Shown here in pieces: positions 18,884-29,032 of a DNA stretch of 64,000 nt (the first letter of the stretch is position 1; each line of letters begins with the position of its first letter). The notes under the pieces were generated by a model that worked only from the letters and a program-made list of their open reading frames with translations, had not been told where the DNA came from and ran no database searches. The position numbers and the translations under genes were made by a program. The stretch spans positions 3,392,001 through 3,456,000 of the forward strand of contig OZ245838.1 in NCBI GenBank assembly GCA_965228735.1, given 5' to 3'. The stretch is from Planctomycetota bacterium. GTDB lineage: Bacteria; Planctomycetota; UBA1135; UBA2386.

Positions 18884-21073
18884 TCAGCGGGGCAGGACGG
18901 CCCACCACTCCGAGTCCGCCCAGGTCGACGGCCCGTTCGGCGCGACGGCCTGCAGGATCTGATTGCAGCGCGCGACGAGCGCCGGGTCCTGACCCGTGAA
19001 CACCTCGCGACAGATCAGCACGGCCGGGATCGACCACGGCCAGTAGGTCGGGTTGACGTGCACGTCGGGACTGCCGACCTGATAGCTGCTCGCCGGCAAC
19101 GCGTCGCCCTCGCGGTCGCCGAAGCGATACCGCACCGCGGCGCAGAGATGCCACTGCCCGCCCTGCTGGAAGATGCCGTGCCGCGCCACGAGCCGCGACG
19201 CCTCGCGCGCCAGGTCGAGGAAACCCTGCTCCCCGGTGGTGCGCCACGCGGCGAAGAAGCCCATCGCCGCGATGCTGTGCTCCCAGACGATGATCGCGGG
19301 CACGCGCTCCTGCGTGCCTGGCTCGAAGAACGCGTTGTCCGAGCCGATCTTGAGCGCGCGCAGCGGCTTGGCCGGATTGCCGACGAACGGGGCGCCGAGC
19401 CAGTTGGCCTGGATCGTCTGCAGCCGGTCGCGCATCACCTGCCGGAGGTCGGCGCGCTTCTGCGGATCGTCCGAGAGCAGCACCATGTTGGCGAGCGCCA
19501 TGAGCAGCCGCCCCTCGCCGCGCGGCTGGTCCATCCAGCCCGGCACCATCGCGAGATCGACCTCGGTGAGATCGCGCAGCTGATCCCGCAGGCCGTAGCG
19601 GCCGGTCAGCGCGAGCAGCGCGTTGAAGTTGTTCTGCGAGCGGTGCTGATCGTCGTAGGTCGACCAGCCGTTGGTCGGCGTACCGAACGGTCGCGGGCAC
19701 GGCAGCCCGAGCGTGTCGCCCGTCGTGTTGCAATGCGGCAGCTGCGAGAAGCAGCGCAGGGTCGGGTGGTTGCGGAACCACATCGGCGCGCCGCTGATCT
19801 CGCGGTAGTGGAAGCCGCGGAACGCCAGCTCGGCCACCGAGTAGGTGGCGTCGTGGATCCAGCGCGAGTCCCCCACCGTGACCGCGAACGCGCCCTTGCA
19901 CGCCCCGAAGTCCTCCTGCGCCCCCGTGCTGCCGGCGAACATGTGCAGACCACGGGGTCGGTCCGCGAACAGATCGGCCGGCTGCTGCAACAACCCGAGG
20001 AACCAGGCCCACTGCTTGTTCGCATCGGCCCAACCGTTCGTCGGCTGCGCCGGGCCCGGCACCTCGGGCGTCCGGCCGAACGCGAGCCACTTGTCCTGCC
20101 AGTCGAGCCACGCCCCGGTGCTCGGCGCCTCGCCGCGGGCGTAGAGCGCGTTCACCCGGTCCGCGACGCTCCACTGCAGGCCGAGGCCGAGGGTGCCGTA
20201 GAACGACGGCGCCGGCGTGCGGCCGGGGCCGATGAACCCCTGCATCGCGCCCGTGAGGTAGATGCCTTCCCCGCGCCGGACGACGTCCGCACCGCGGATC
20301 AGCTGCACCCAGTTGCCGTAGCTCGCATGCTGCGGCGCGAAGTTCTGGAACTCGGGGGCCGGCAGGTTGAAGCGGCGACGGAAGTCGAGGTCGAAGTACT
20401 CGCCGCTCTCGAGCCAGATCCCCACGAACCCGTAGTTCATCGTCGGCAGACGCGGGTCGGCGCACGTCAGCGTGCACTCGATCTCCGCCGAGTCCTGCAT
20501 CGAGTAGACGTAGATGTAGGCGTCGAAGACGAACGGCGAATCGCCGACGCGACCCCACAGATGGAACACGCGACGTGCCGGCGAGACATCTTCCACGACG
20601 TCGAAGCGCGGCTGCGTGAGCCGGTGCTCCCGGCCGTCGGTGTCGAGCACGACCGGCATCGGCAACATCGCCGAGGTGTCGTCGGCGACCCAGTCGCTCA
20701 TCTGCCACGGGGGCAGATCGAGAGCGTTGTTGGAAACGGGCGTGAGCGTCCCGGTCACGCGCTGTCGCGCTCCGAGCTGCGCCAACACGTGATAGAGCAC
20801 CGAGTGCTCGCCGACGGCGCTGCCACGCAACGCCAGCCAGCCGTGCGGATCGACGCGACAGATTCGCGGCAGGTTCGCGGCGTCGACCGCCGGCACGGCG
20901 ACGTCGACCCAGTGTTTGCGCGGCAGATCGGCGAGGTTGTGCAGCGTCAGGTCCTGCGCGCCGAGCGCAGCACCGCCGACACCGCAAGAACCCACCGCGC
21001 ACCACAGGGCTGCGACCCGCACCGCGAGAACGAACGCGAGAACTCGCGAGGCAAGAGAGCAGACAAGATGCAT
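18884..21073 (-). CDS. Large secreted hypothetical protein
   Basis: Open frame with coding-like composition, signal-like N-terminus ending ALGAQ, aromatic-rich helical C-terminal half; start uncertain. Confidence 0.75.
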   Translation of the reverse strand: MHLVCSLASRVLAFVLAVRVAALWCAVGSCGVGGAALGAQDLTLHNLADLPRKHWVDVAVPAVDAANLPRICRVDPHGWLALRGSAVGEHSVLYHVLAQLGARQRVTGTLTPVSNNALDLPPWQMSDWVADDTSAMLPMPVVLDTDGREHRLTQPRFDVVEDVSPARRVFHLWGRVGDSPFVFDAYIYVYSMQDSAEIECTLTCADPRLPTMNYGFVGIWLESGEYFDLDFRRRFNLPAPEFQNFAPQHASYGNWVQLIRGADVVRRGEGIYLTGAMQGFIGPGRTPAPSFYGTLGLGLQWSVADRVNALYARGEAPSTGAWLDWQDKWLAFGRTPEVPGPAQPTNGWADANKQWAWFLGLLQQPADLFADRPRGLHMFAGSTGAQEDFGACKGAFAVTVGDSRWIHDATYSVAELAFRGFHYREISGAPMWFRNHPTLRCFSQLPHCNTTGDTLGLPCPRPFGTPTNGWSTYDDQHRSQNNFNALLALTGRYGLRDQLRDLTEVDLAMVPGWMDQPRGEGRLLMALANMVLLSDDPQKRADLRQVMRDRLQTIQANWLGAPFVGNPAKPLRALKIGSDNAFFEPGTQERVPAIIVWEHSIAAMGFFAAWRTTGEQGFLDLAREASRLVARHGIFQQGGQWHLCAAVRYRFGDREGDALPASSYQVGSPDVHVNPTYWPWSIPAVLICREVFTGQDPALVARCNQILQAVAPNGPSTWADSEWWAVLPR

Positions 21074-21353
21074 GGCCGAATCGGCCGCCCTACGCACCCG
21101 AACTGCCCATGGGGTCGAAGAATCCGCAGCAATTCTCGGTGGCTTCGCGAACGTCCTCCACACGTCCGATTCTCGACGCCGCAAACGACGGAGCGCCGTC
21201 GCGCGCGGTCGCGTCACGAACACTGACGACCGCAACGAACGTTACGCGCGATGGCAAGGGCGCGTCGGCAACGTGAGACCGCGTGCTAAGGCCACCGTCG
21301 ATTCGTGCCGATTGTGCGGATGCCGTCGCCTCGCCATCGCGACGCCGTAGTTC

Positions 21354-22394
21354 ATGCACGCCATCCGTCTTCTCGCGCTCGCGTTCGTTGCCGTTGTCGC
21401 GACGGCGCTCGCACGCGCGCAGAGCGACGAGCGGATCCGGCCGGTCGCCGAACTCGTGTTCACCGCGTTCCCCGCCGCGGACACCGTGCGCCACATCGTG
21501 CGCGACGTCGACGAAGCCGCGCGCCGGCAGATCGAGGCGCGTCTGCCGTTCCAGATCCACTTCGAGGACCTCGGCGAACACCGACTGCACGTCGCGTTCC
21601 GCGGCCAGAAGCCCGTCGGCATGATGTTCGTGCGTTCCGAGCAGACGAACTGGGGCATCGCCGACATCGGCTGGGCGATGACGCTCGAGGGCCGCATCGT
21701 CGGCTTCGCGTTCACCAACGAACGCAGTCAGGAGGCCCGCGAACTGCCGCGCTCGGTGTTCGCCCGCCAGCTCGTCGGCCTCGACTTTCGTGGCTTGCAC
21801 GCGCTCGCGGCGCCGCCGGCGACGGCCACCACGCCCGCCACCCCCGCGGGCGAGTCGCGGCCGGTGCGACCGAAGAGCCCGATGTCGCCGACCCACCGGA
21901 TGATCTTGCGGTCGGCGATGAAGGCGACGCTCGTGACCGAACTCGTGTGGCAGGACCAGATCATCGCGCTCGCCGACCTGCAGATGCTGCTCGACGAACT
22001 GCCGGGCAGTCGGCGCGGTCGCCGCGCCGTGCTCCCGGTCACGGGCGAGGCCGTCGCGCGCAGCCTGCGAAGCGGCCGCGTCGTCGAAGCCCGGGGGCAA
22101 AAGGGTACGGCGGTCGGCCAGGTGGCGCGCACCCTCGCGCACGTGCGGTTCGCGACCGGACCGCGCGACGTCGAGCTGATCTGGACGATCGACCCGACCG
22201 GTCGCGTGCTGCGCGTGCGGCCGGTCGCGTCGTGGGCGAAGGACGACCTGCGCCGCGCGTGCGCCGGGCTGCGCGGCAGGCAGCTCGAAGCGCCGCTCAT
22301 GACGGACAATCCGCTCACGCAGGTCGCGCGCGAACTCGCCATCGCGCTGCGCACGGCGCTGCCGTCGCGGCTACCAGCGGGGCTCCCGCGTTGA
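21354..22394 (+). CDS. Secreted protein with degenerate FMN-binding (RnfG/NosR-like) domain(s)
   Basis: Signal peptide ending ARAQ; FPAADTV..ARRQIEARL, AMTLEGRIVG, FARQLVG; stop overlaps kinase start (TTGA). Confidence 0.6.
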   Translation: MHAIRLLALAFVAVVATALARAQSDERIRPVAELVFTAFPAADTVRHIVRDVDEAARRQIEARLPFQIHFEDLGEHRLHVAFRGQKPVGMMFVRSEQTNWGIADIGWAMTLEGRIVGFAFTNERSQEARELPRSVFARQLVGLDFRGLHALAAPPATATTPATPAGESRPVRPKSPMSPTHRMILRSAMKATLVTELVWQDQIIALADLQMLLDELPGSRRGRRAVLPVTGEAVARSLRSGRVVEARGQKGTAVGQVARTLAHVRFATGPRDVELIWTIDPTGRVLRVRPVASWAKDDLRRACAGLRGRQLEAPLMTDNPLTQVARELAIALRTALPSRLPAGLPR

Positions 22395-25279
22395 ACATCA
22401 AGGGCTACACCGGGTGGCTCGTCGCCGTCTGCACGGTCACGGGACTCGCGATCGGCTCGGCGCTCGTGATGGGCTACCGCAGCCTCGACGAAGAAGCCCA
22501 CCGGCTCGGCGCGGAGTCCCTCGCGATCAAGCAGGTCCACAGCCTCGACGACTACCTCGGCTTCTTCCTCCAGGCCTCCGACCAGGTGCTCAAGGAAGGC
22601 AGCAGCAGCGCCGTCAACACGGCCCTCCTGCACAAGGAACAGTTCGACGACCTCATCGACGGACTCGAGTTCGAACCGCTCGTTGCCGATCGCAGGGACC
22701 TGCTCGACGAGCTCCAGGGCGGCGTTGCGGCGATCCAGGAGTTGACCTGGGAGGGTGCGAAGCTCGACACCGCGGATCCCGGGCCAGAGCTCGAACGGCT
22801 GTTCGAACGGCAGAACGCGATCGCGGGCCCGCTGCCCGACCTCGTCGCCGACCTCGTGACCCAGATGAACCGGCGCGCGCGCTACCACGAGGAGGAGCTC
22901 GCGGCCGCGCAGTCGTTCCTCGTCGTCCTGACGTGGATCGCGGCGGCGGCCTACCTCGCGATCGTGTTCATGACGTGGCTGTGGTCGGTGCAGACGATGG
23001 TGCGCCCGATCGAGCAGCTCAGCGTCGCGGCGGAGCTCGCGACGCTCGACAACGACGCGTTCGAGGTCGAATCGAGCGGTCCCGAAGAGGTGCAGCGCCT
23101 CACGCGCAACATCTCGACGTTCGTCCGCACGCGCGCCGACTTCCTCGCGACGATGTCACACGAGCTGCGGACGCCGCTCAACGGCATCATCAACCTCAAC
23201 GAGCTGATGCTCGAGACCCGGCTCGACGACGAACAACGCGAGCTCGTGCGGTCCGCGAAGACGGCCGGGGAGTCGCTGCTCGCGATCATCAACGACATCC
23301 TCGACTTCTCGAAGATCCAGGCCCGCAAGCTGCAGATCGAGCAGGCCGAGTTCGACGTTCGCGAGCTCGCCGACAGCGCGCTCGAGATCATCGTGTCGGA
23401 AGCTGCGAAGAAGGGGCTCACCGTGCTGGCCAGCGTGGCCGCCGACGTCCCAGCCGCGGTGGTAGGCGACCAGACGCGCCTGCGGCAGGTGCTCGTGAAC
23501 CTGCTCAACAACGCGGTGAAGTTCACGACGACGGGCTCCGTCGCGCTGCGGATCGAGATCGCGAACGCAGCCGAAGGGACGGCACGGACCGACACCGCCG
23601 ACGAGTCGGCAACCGCCGACTCGGCCGCGCACCAGGATGCGGTAACGTCGGCGGCCGACGGCGACGCGACCCCGACCACCGGCCTGCGGTTCACGATTCA
23701 GGACACCGGCTGCGGCATTCCACCGAACGCGATCGACACGCTGTTCAAAGCGTTCCAGCAGGGCGACTCGTCGACGACGCGCAAGTTCGGCGGCACCGGT
23801 CTCGGCCTCGCGATCTGTCGCGAGCTCTGTGCGCTGATGGGCGGCGAGATCGGCGTGGAGAGCGTCGTCGACGAGGGCTCGGAGTTCTGGTTCACGGTCG
23901 CCGTCGCGGCTCCGACCGCCGATACCGCAATCGAGGCCGCGACGACCACGGCAGCATTGCCCGAGGAAGTCAGAAACCGCCGGGTCCTCGTCGCATCCAG
24001 GCACCCGACGCGGACCGAGGGCATCCTCGCCCAACTTACGGCGATCGGACTCCCGCGCTCGCAGGTCGCGACGTTCGAGAGCGACGGGGGTGAACTCGCC
24101 GAGCAACTCGCGGCGGACTCGCGCGCCTGGGTGCTGTTCGATCCGGAGGACCGCGCGTCGGCCGACCCCGACGAACTGCTTCGCACCATCGCCGGTCAGC
24201 GCAGCGGCGACAGCCGGATCGGCGTGCTGGAATGGCGGGTGCTGCGCGGGCCACGCAACGCGGCGCTGCCGAGCCACGCCGATCGCGTCCCGCTGGCGAC
24301 TTCGCTCGCCGGGGTGGAGGACTGGCTGCGCGGCCGACTGGCAATCGACGCCGACGACGACACGCAATGCGACAGCGAGGACAGAACGCGCCGCGTGCTC
24401 GTCGTCGACGACAACCCGGTCAATCGTCGCATCGCGAGTTCGTTCCTCGAGCGGGCCGGCTTCGTCGTCACCTGCGCTGCGGACGGCCAGGAGGCGATCG
24501 ACCAGTTGCTCGAACGCGCCGCCGACGCCGTCCTCATGGACCGGCAGATGCCACGGCTCGACGGTCTCGAGGCGACACGCCGGCTGCGCGAACTCGAAGG
24601 TGGCGATCAGCTCGCGACGGACGGCAACGTCAGGCTGCCGATCATCGGCCTCACCGCGGGGTCCGCGGGCGACGAACTCGATGCCTGCCGCGACGCCGGC
24701 ATGGACGACGTGCTGACCAAACCGTTCAAGGCTCGCGATCTCGTCGCTGCCGTGCGCCGCGCCATCGCCGCGCGACCGAACGCGGCAGCGGACCCGCGGA
24801 CGGCTCCGGCCGGCGACGGGCCGGCTGCCGAGCCGAGCCACGGCCCGAGCGAACCCGCGGCGAGCGACCGGCGCACGGCGCTCGTCGTCGACGACAACGC
24901 GATGAACCAACGCGTCGCGAAGGCCGTGATGCAGAAGGCCGGCTTCGACGTCGTCGTCGTCGACAACGGCCAGCTCGCGGTCGACTACCTCGCGGACGGG
25001 CCGTGCGACATCGTGCTCATGGACTGCCAGATGCCCGTGCTCGACGGCTGGGAGGCCACGCGCGCGATCCGCGAACTCGAGGAGTTCGGCCGACTCGGTC
25101 CGGGCGTCCGTTCGCCGCTGCCGATCCTGGCGGTCACCGCGAACGCGATGGAGGGCGACCGCGAACGCTGCCTCGACGCAGGCATGAACGACCACATCAG
25201 CAAGCCGATCAAACCGCGGGTCCTGCTCGCGGCCGTCGACAAGTACCTGCGCTCCGGCCGAGCCACCGCGCGCACCTGA
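22391..25279 (+). CDS. Membrane hybrid sensor histidine kinase (TM-sensor-TM-HAMP-HisKA-HATPase-2xREC)
   Basis: TTG at 22391; FLATMSHELRTPLNG, NLLNNAVKFT, DTGCGI, GGTGLGL; two receiver domains (LMDRQMP, LMDCQMP). Confidence 0.93.
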   Translation: MNIKGYTGWLVAVCTVTGLAIGSALVMGYRSLDEEAHRLGAESLAIKQVHSLDDYLGFFLQASDQVLKEGSSSAVNTALLHKEQFDDLIDGLEFEPLVADRRDLLDELQGGVAAIQELTWEGAKLDTADPGPELERLFERQNAIAGPLPDLVADLVTQMNRRARYHEEELAAAQSFLVVLTWIAAAAYLAIVFMTWLWSVQTMVRPIEQLSVAAELATLDNDAFEVESSGPEEVQRLTRNISTFVRTRADFLATMSHELRTPLNGIINLNELMLETRLDDEQRELVRSAKTAGESLLAIINDILDFSKIQARKLQIEQAEFDVRELADSALEIIVSEAAKKGLTVLASVAADVPAAVVGDQTRLRQVLVNLLNNAVKFTTTGSVALRIEIANAAEGTARTDTADESATADSAAHQDAVTSAADGDATPTTGLRFTIQDTGCGIPPNAIDTLFKAFQQGDSSTTRKFGGTGLGLAICRELCALMGGEIGVESVVDEGSEFWFTVAVAAPTADTAIEAATTTAALPEEVRNRRVLVASRHPTRTEGILAQLTAIGLPRSQVATFESDGGELAEQLAADSRAWVLFDPEDRASADPDELLRTIAGQRSGDSRIGVLEWRVLRGPRNAALPSHADRVPLATSLAGVEDWLRGRLAIDADDDTQCDSEDRTRRVLVVDDNPVNRRIASSFLERAGFVVTCAADGQEAIDQLLERAADAVLMDRQMPRLDGLEATRRLRELEGGDQLATDGNVRLPIIGLTAGSAGDELDACRDAGMDDVLTKPFKARDLVAAVRRAIAARPNAAADPRTAPAGDGPAAEPSHGPSEPAASDRRTALVVDDNAMNQRVAKAVMQKAGFDVVVVDNGQLAVDYLADGPCDIVLMDCQMPVLDGWEATRAIRELEEFGRLGPGVRSPLPILAVTANAMEGDRERCLDAGMNDHISKPIKPRVLLAAVDKYLRSGRATART

Positions 25280-25295
25280 CGAACCGGACCTAGAC

Positions 25296-28200
25296 ATGCC
25301 GAACCGTGACCACGATTCCAGAGAGCGCGATCCGAGAGACCGCGACGCCCAGCTCGAACGCGACGGCCAGGGCCCGATGCGCGCGCGCCTCGGCGGTGAG
25401 ACGGTGGAGCCGCGCATCCTGCTCTCGGCAACCTGGCTCGTCGACATCATCACGACGCCACCACCCGACATCCTCGGGGTCACCGGCACCGATGGCGCGG
25501 ACCGCCTCGTCGGCACGATCGGAGAGGACAGCATGTACGGGGGTGGCGGTGACGACGTGCTGGTGGTTCAGGACAACGACGATGGCGACGATGACGATGA
25601 CGACCGCAGCGTTCTCGACGGCGGGACCGGTCGCGACGTCGTCGACTTCGGCGCGTCCGCGGCCGGCACGACCATCGACCTGTCCGCCGGCACCGCGATC
25701 GGTGGCGGCGGTTCGACCACGCTGACCAACATCGAGGGCGCCTACGGCTCGTCGCACGCCGACGTGTTCGCGTTCGCTTCGGCGGCGGCCGGCGACGAGT
25801 TCACCGTCGTCGGCAACGGCGGCCAGGACTTCCTCGACCTCCAGAAATACGACTCGAGCGCCGCCACGTTCGAGAACGGCGCGCTCGTGATCGACCTCGG
25901 CGGGGGCGAGTCGTTCCGGATCAACTACGACGAGGTCGAGCGGATCCAGTTCGGAGACGTGCTCGCGAAGGTCCTGACCGGCGACCACGTCAACACGTCG
26001 TTCACGGGCGACGGTCTCTACGTGTTCGAGGACACCGCCTTCGCGCTGTCCTTCACGGGCGGCGGCGACCTCGACTGGCGGTTCGACGCGACGACGGACA
26101 CGATCACGGTGAATGGGTCGGCCGGCGCGACGGCCGGCACGGAGCTCGTCATCGACGATCTGGGCCGGAGCCCGATCACGGTCTCGACGATCACCCTGAG
26201 CGAGAACCTGCGGGCGATCTCGAGCTCGGCCGACGTCGACAACCTCGATCTCAACGGCTTCGACGTCGACACCGTGACCGTCGGCAACGGCACGGGGACC
26301 ATCGGCACGCTCGTCACGCCCACCATCGACAGCGACCTCTCGGTCAACGCCAACGTGACGACCGTCACGATCGCGGGCGACATCGACCGCGCGGTCACGA
26401 TCGGCGGCAACGTCGGCTCGATCGATGCGCAGACGATCAACGGCCCCCTCGCGATCTCCGGCGACGCCGGGACCCTGACCGCCGACACGATCAACGGCGA
26501 CGTGACGATCAAGGGCGACCTCGGGAGCGCCACCGTCACGACGTTCCAGACCTCGGCCACGCTGCGGGTCGACAACCCGACGGGTATCGTCAACCTCACG
26601 TTCGGCGGCAGCGACCGCAGCTTCGACACCGGCGACGAGCCGTTCGTCTACCGCGCGGCGGTCGACGCGTTCAACCTCGTGCCGATCGCTCTCGCCGGCA
26701 GCGACCAGGTCGTGCAGGAAGGCGACGCCGTCGGGCTCGACGGCCGCGGCTCGACCGATCCGAAGACCACCGGCCTGACCTACCGCTGGACGCAGGTGTC
26801 CGGGCCGGCCGTCACGCTGATCGACGGCGACACCGCGACGCCGCGCTTCACGGCTCCCGAGGGCCTCGTGAACACCACGATCGAGTTCGAGCTCCAGGTC
26901 GACGACGGCGAGGACGTCGCGGTCGATCGCGTCGTCGTGACCGTCCAGGCCGACAACGACGCCCCGATCGCGAACGCGGGCACCGACCGCATCGTGGCCG
27001 AAGGGAACGCGACCGCGTTGGACGGCCGCGGCAGCGTCGACCCCGAGGCTCAGGGCCTGACCTACTCGTGGCGGCAGATCAGTGGCCCGCCCGTGACGCT
27101 CGTCAACCCGACGGCCGCGGTCACCGGCTTCGTCGCGCCCGAGGGCCTCGCCAACTCCGTCGCACAGTTCGAACTCACGGTCTCGGACGGCGCATCCGCG
27201 AGCGTCGACACCGTGTCGGTCATCATGCTCGCCGACAACGACGCTCCGACCGCGAACGCGGGCGCGGACCAGACGGTCGACGAGGGCGACACGATCGTCC
27301 TCGACGGCAGCGGCAGCACCGATCCCGAGAACGGCACGCTGAGCTACGCGTGGCAACAGGTCTCGGGCCCGCCGGTCCAGATCGTGGCGGCCGACCAGCC
27401 GCTCGCGCAGACCGACGCCGACGGGTCGTCGTTCACGACGTTCACCCGGACGGCCGACGGGCGCGTGCACTTCATCGCGCCGGAAGGCCTGAGCAACACG
27501 ACGGCCACGTTCCGGCTCATCGTCGACGACGGCACGACGCGCAGCATAGACACCGTGACCATCACGATCCGCGCCGACGACGACGCTCCGACCGTCGACG
27601 CCGGCCCCAACCGCCAGATCACCGCGGGCGAAGTCGTGAAGCTCGCGGCCGACGGGCGCGACCCGGAGAACCAGCCGCTGAGCTACCGCTGGGTGCAGCT
27701 GTCGGGCCCCACGGTCACGCTGTCCGACCCCACCGCGGAGTCACCGACGTTCCAGGTGCCGACCGGCCACACGGGCGAGATGGTCGTGTTCGGGGTGCAG
27801 GCCTCGGACGGCACGTCGACCTCGTTCGACACGGTCGCGATGCGGATCGAGAACTCGCCCCCGGTCGTCGTCGCCGGCAGCGCGGGCAACGCCGAGTCGG
27901 GTGAATCGGTCGGACTCTCGGCCTTCGCTCAGGACGTCGACGGCGACGACCTCACCTACCGCTGGACGCAGGTCGGTGGGCCGAGCGTCAACCTCGCGGG
28001 CACGGACCTGCCGAACGCGACGTTCCAGGCCCCCGAGGTCTCGGGCACGACGCAGCTGCGCTTCCAGATCGAGGTCAACGACGGCCAGACGACGACGGTC
28101 CAGTTCGTCACCGTCGAGGTCGAACCCGAATCGGCGGCGAACTCCAAGACGCCGGGCGGCCCGGTCGCGACGCCCGTCGGCGTGGTGTCGCCGGGCGAAC

Positions 28201-28943
28201 CCGAACCCGAACCCGATCCGGGGGCGGGCTCGAGCGGCAACGCCGGGACGACCGCGAACGAAGGCTCGCCGCCAACGACGGGCACGACCACGACCGGCTC
28301 GACCACGACGAGCGAACCGGACGACGCCGACCCGGCGGCCGATGCCCTCGACCCGTTCGACAACGGTCTCCTCGCGTCGCCGTCCGACGCCGCCGACGCC
28401 GACGCCGACGCGCTGCGTTCCGCCGGCGACGACCGCGCGAGCGACGACCAGACGGCGAACGATGCCACGGCCGACGACGATCTGGCTGCGAACGCCACCG
28501 TCGATGCCGACGCCCAGACGCTGGCGGACGACGCACCGATCCTCGCGCTCGCGGGCTCCGAGGTGGAGCTCGAGTCGTTCTTCCTCGCCCAGGACACCGC
28601 GGAACCGACGCAGGTGACCTGGACGCAGCTCTCGGGCACGGCGGTCGACTTCGCGAGCGAGGGCGCGCAGCTCAGGATCCAGCTGCCGGAGTCGTTCACC
28701 GCCGAGGAGCTGGTCTTCGAGGTCGAGATGATGATCGACGGCGAGATCCGCGTGCAGGAGATCACCGTCGCGGTGCAGCCGGTCGACGCGGAGCAGCGCA
28801 CCAACGCGACGCCGAAGTTGCCGGAGCGCCAACTCGCGGACCTCGACAACCCGACCGACAGCGAGTCGCGCGGCGTCGGCAAGCTCTGGGCCGCGCTCGT
28901 CGCGTTCACGAGCGCCGGGCCCACCCGACTGCCGAGGAGCTGA
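25296..28943 (+). CDS. Large surface protein: LEPR-XLL-type leader, RTX-like Ca-binding repeats, beta-helix-like region, 5-6 PKD/Ig-like repeats, acidic linker
   Basis: ETVEPRILLS; GTDGADRL, GGGGDDVL, GGTGRDVV; repeats AP.ANAG.D..V.EG..LDG.GS.DP..LTY.W.Q.SGP; hydrophobic C-terminal KLWAALVAF. Confidence 0.88.
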   Translation: MPNRDHDSRERDPRDRDAQLERDGQGPMRARLGGETVEPRILLSATWLVDIITTPPPDILGVTGTDGADRLVGTIGEDSMYGGGGDDVLVVQDNDDGDDDDDDRSVLDGGTGRDVVDFGASAAGTTIDLSAGTAIGGGGSTTLTNIEGAYGSSHADVFAFASAAAGDEFTVVGNGGQDFLDLQKYDSSAATFENGALVIDLGGGESFRINYDEVERIQFGDVLAKVLTGDHVNTSFTGDGLYVFEDTAFALSFTGGGDLDWRFDATTDTITVNGSAGATAGTELVIDDLGRSPITVSTITLSENLRAISSSADVDNLDLNGFDVDTVTVGNGTGTIGTLVTPTIDSDLSVNANVTTVTIAGDIDRAVTIGGNVGSIDAQTINGPLAISGDAGTLTADTINGDVTIKGDLGSATVTTFQTSATLRVDNPTGIVNLTFGGSDRSFDTGDEPFVYRAAVDAFNLVPIALAGSDQVVQEGDAVGLDGRGSTDPKTTGLTYRWTQVSGPAVTLIDGDTATPRFTAPEGLVNTTIEFELQVDDGEDVAVDRVVVTVQADNDAPIANAGTDRIVAEGNATALDGRGSVDPEAQGLTYSWRQISGPPVTLVNPTAAVTGFVAPEGLANSVAQFELTVSDGASASVDTVSVIMLADNDAPTANAGADQTVDEGDTIVLDGSGSTDPENGTLSYAWQQVSGPPVQIVAADQPLAQTDADGSSFTTFTRTADGRVHFIAPEGLSNTTATFRLIVDDGTTRSIDTVTITIRADDDAPTVDAGPNRQITAGEVVKLAADGRDPENQPLSYRWVQLSGPTVTLSDPTAESPTFQVPTGHTGEMVVFGVQASDGTSTSFDTVAMRIENSPPVVVAGSAGNAESGESVGLSAFAQDVDGDDLTYRWTQVGGPSVNLAGTDLPNATFQAPEVSGTTQLRFQIEVNDGQTTTVQFVTVEVEPESAANSKTPGGPVATPVGVVSPGEPEPEPDPGAGSSGNAGTTANEGSPPTTGTTTTGSTTTSEPDDADPAADALDPFDNGLLASPSDAADADADALRSAGDDRASDDQTANDATADDDLAANATVDADAQTLADDAPILALAGSEVELESFFLAQDTAEPTQVTWTQLSGTAVDFASEGAQLRIQLPESFTAEELVFEVEMMIDGEIRVQEITVAVQPVDAEQRTNATPKLPERQLADLDNPTDSESRGVGKLWAALVAFTSAGPTRLPRS

Positions 28944-29032
28944 GATGCCGACACGGCCGCAGCATGACGACTTCGGGAAAACCACGAACTCGGGGATGAC
29001 CCAGGGTCGATGAGTCAGGTGGGGAAAACACG

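Noticed and set aside
21305..22390. N-terminal extension of the 1324-aa kinase ORF
   Set aside because: Overlaps 21354..22394 in another frame and is R/A/P junk; TTG 22391 gives a TM start with coupling
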